36,249 bases of DNA from Octopus sinensis (taxonomy: Eukaryota). This document shows positions 33,985-36,249 of the stretch, piece after piece. Location: the NCBI RefSeq assembly GCF_006345805.1, contig NW_021824709.1, positions 1 through 36,249 of the forward strand. Direction: 5' to 3'. The notes under the pieces were generated by a model. That model saw only the letters and a program-made list of their open reading frames with translations. It was not told where the DNA came from and searched no databases. Positions within the stretch are counted from its first letter, which is position 1. Every line of letters begins with the position of its first letter. The position numbers were made by a program, and so were the translations under genes.

Positions 33985-34315
33985 GTACAAAAGCCTAAGG
34001 ACACATACATACACACACACACAAACGGAGACACACACATACATACGCACAAACATGCAAAGACAAACAAGGACACAAACATACCCTCACGCCCACATGG
34101 ACACACACATATACGTATACGCACACACACGGAAAGATGCATACAGAAATACACACGCATACAAACAGACAAGAACTCACACACATATGAATGCAAACCC
34201 ATACACACAAACACACACATGTACACGCAAACACAGACACACACGCTCGTATACACATATCCTCCCATACACACAGGGACACGTGCACGCATGCGCATGC
34301 TCATTCTCTCGCACA
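33985..34315. repeat. Degenerate CA-rich simple-sequence tract
   Basis: Direct reading; accounts for the HT-rich tail of ORF 33463-34320. Confidence 0.85.
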
Positions 34316-34338
34316 GATAGTTATCAATTTATTCAACA

Positions 34339-34724
34339 CTAGCAGTATCACCCGGTGTTACTTGGGTTTCTTTCGACCCTTTAGAATTGGAATTTTTGAA
34401 AAGTAAAAAGTCTGCATTATGCAACTTGTTATTCTCTTTAAGTGAACATTTTTCCAGTTGAAATATACCGAAAAATGGTGACACAGCAGTCAAAAATCGT
34501 AAAAAATAGGGATTTTCATAGAAAAAAGCACCTTTTTGATGTAAATAATTTTGTGTGTTAACATGGTCCGATTTGATTTTTCTTTTTACAGAATGAAGAG
34601 CAAGCCTTCTTCTTATCATACTCTCAATTTTGGTCAACTTGCACCGCAGGGTCTCTGGAAGAGATATGTTAGTTGAAGGCTACAAACTGCCACACACAGG
34701 CAACTTCAGCTTTATATATATAGA
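34339..34724 (-). mobile_element. Non-autonomous Helitron
   Basis: Minus strand A|TCTATATATATAAAGCTG...CCCAAGTAACACCGGG-TGATACTG-CTAG|T. Termini match the 22528 family; the interior differs. Confidence 0.8.
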
Positions 34725-35247
34725 TTTGCTACACACTACTTTCCATCCTTAATAATGAAACTTGGTAGATCCAAAAGTTAAACACACAGACACACACACA
34801 CGATACACAAGTTGAGTTTTCTATATATATAGATTTATCAAACAAAGAAGACGGTTGAACTGTCTTTGAGAGAAACATTACATGGAGGAACGTGTGCGTT
34901 TGCGTAGGAAACAAAGAGAAAGCCATATATATCTTATATATATGAAAAAGTAGAAATAGTCAGTATTTAAAAAGCACACACTCACGCACATACGGATGCA
35001 CACACTTATGTATAAACACACACGCATACACACGCAGACATACACACACTCTCATACTCATCTCGGACAGATCTCGGACGAATCCCGACGCTGGAATATA
35101 AGTTCAAAAGAAATGGAAGTCTTCCTCGTTCACCTCTTCCTTATTTTCTTGTTCGTCTGCCTCCCCCTCCTCCTCCCCCCTTGTTTTCCCTCCTCCTCCA
35201 CCTTCCCCACCCATGTTTCACTCCTACTCCTCCTCCTGCTTCCTCGT

Positions 35248-35248
35248 G

Positions 35249-35317
<69 letters not shown>
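35248..35317. repeat. (CTA)n microsatellite
   Basis: Direct reading. Confidence 0.95.
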
Positions 35318-35318
<1 letters not shown>

Positions 35319-35535
35319 CTGTAGTAATATTGCTTTCAAATTTTGATACAAGGCCAGACCACTTGTAGTAGTATTCGTAACATTTTGCTTCTGTTTCTAT
35401 CGACGAACACTGACTCAGTTGAGGGATTAATTTGGTTTAACTATGGATTAAGCATAGTGTCTGATCGAGAAATGAACCAGTGAAATTGTTGCTAATAATC
35501 CGATACTCTACCAGAAATGGAAGCAGAGAGAGACG

Positions 35536-35581
35536 TGTCACTGAAGAGATTGCAACAATGCGATGAAATAATTATTTGACA
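35536..35581 (+). ncRNA. Minimal type-I hammerhead ribozyme-like motif
   Basis: TGTCA-CTGAAGA-G-ATTGC-aacaat-GCGAT-GAAA-TAATTA-T-T-TGACA, with 5-bp stem I, 5-bp stem II and palindromic stem III. Confidence 0.65.
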
Positions 35582-36019
35582 AAAAAAAAAAGGAAATGAC
35601 AACAAGAACAATACCGAACATTTGAACGATTAACTGTTTGAGCAAAGTGTTTAAACATATGAGTTTGAAAAAAAAAAAACAGTAAAAAACGGCTGATCGA
35701 TAAATTGGTTAACGGAGTAACTAACCCATTAACCAACAGTAACAATAAAGGACCGAACCAGTGCGTGCGTTTATTATTACCGCCATAATGCCCCTCTCGA
35801 GGTTCAGTACCACGCGCGCGCGCGCGCACGTAAGCATATACATGCAAAAAAAGATGGAAAAACAATACTCGAATACTGAAGGTAGAGTAATTAAAACCGA
35901 AAATATCTTTACAAGATGTTACTCAGAGTTTCACAACTGTGATCAAACGCCAGTATGATCACAACTGTCCGACAAACGTTAATTTGAAATTCTAAGGAAC
36001 AGTTTGTGAAAATATAAAA

Positions 36020-36097
36020 GTATACACACACACATATATATATACATATATATACATACATAATGCATACATACATATATAGAGTGACAGATAAACA

Positions 36098-36128
<31 letters not shown>

Positions 36129-36165
36129 GGAAAGAGAAAGAGACAGACAGAGACAGACTCCCAGA
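36020..36165. repeat. (CA)/(TA)/(GA) microsatellites
   Basis: Direct reading. Confidence 0.9.
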
Positions 36166-36249
36166 CACAGATAAACGTTCGAAGACTGGATTAAATATAT
36201 GAATATATAAATAGATATAGATAACTAGACAGACAAATATAAGTAGATA

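Overview
36 kb of AT-rich, repeat-saturated, apparently gene-free animal DNA. The SINE repertoire looks like Octopus/coleoid cephalopod (recognition from memory, not a database search). I find no supportable host protein-coding exon, rRNA, true tRNA or CRISPR array; almost all long ORFs in the track are microsatellite read-throughs or decayed transposon ORFs. Content: about 17 tRNA-headed SINE copies (families labelled A-D here), RTE, RTE-X-like and CR1-like LINE fragments, three mariner relics, a Buster/SPIN-like hAT interrupted by a LINE, a hAT MITE, three non-autonomous Helitrons, a Ty3/Gypsy integrase relic and two Penelope-like (PLE) fragments. Most notable: (1) four minimal type-I hammerhead-ribozyme-like motifs (7104, 9120, 28405, 35536), one with a compensatory G3:C8 core swap; (2) a 34-copy 21-bp minisatellite that is an in-frame amplification of seven mariner transposase codons; (3) a CR1-like LINE 3' end matching the SINE-A tail with a covarying hairpin; (4) two unrelated ~143-bp near-perfect palindromes, one centred on d(GCGAAAGC); (5) a SINE tetramer inside one TSD and three SINEs stacked between four copies of a target-like motif. 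All alignments, folds and family names are by eye; boundaries of decayed elements are approximate.
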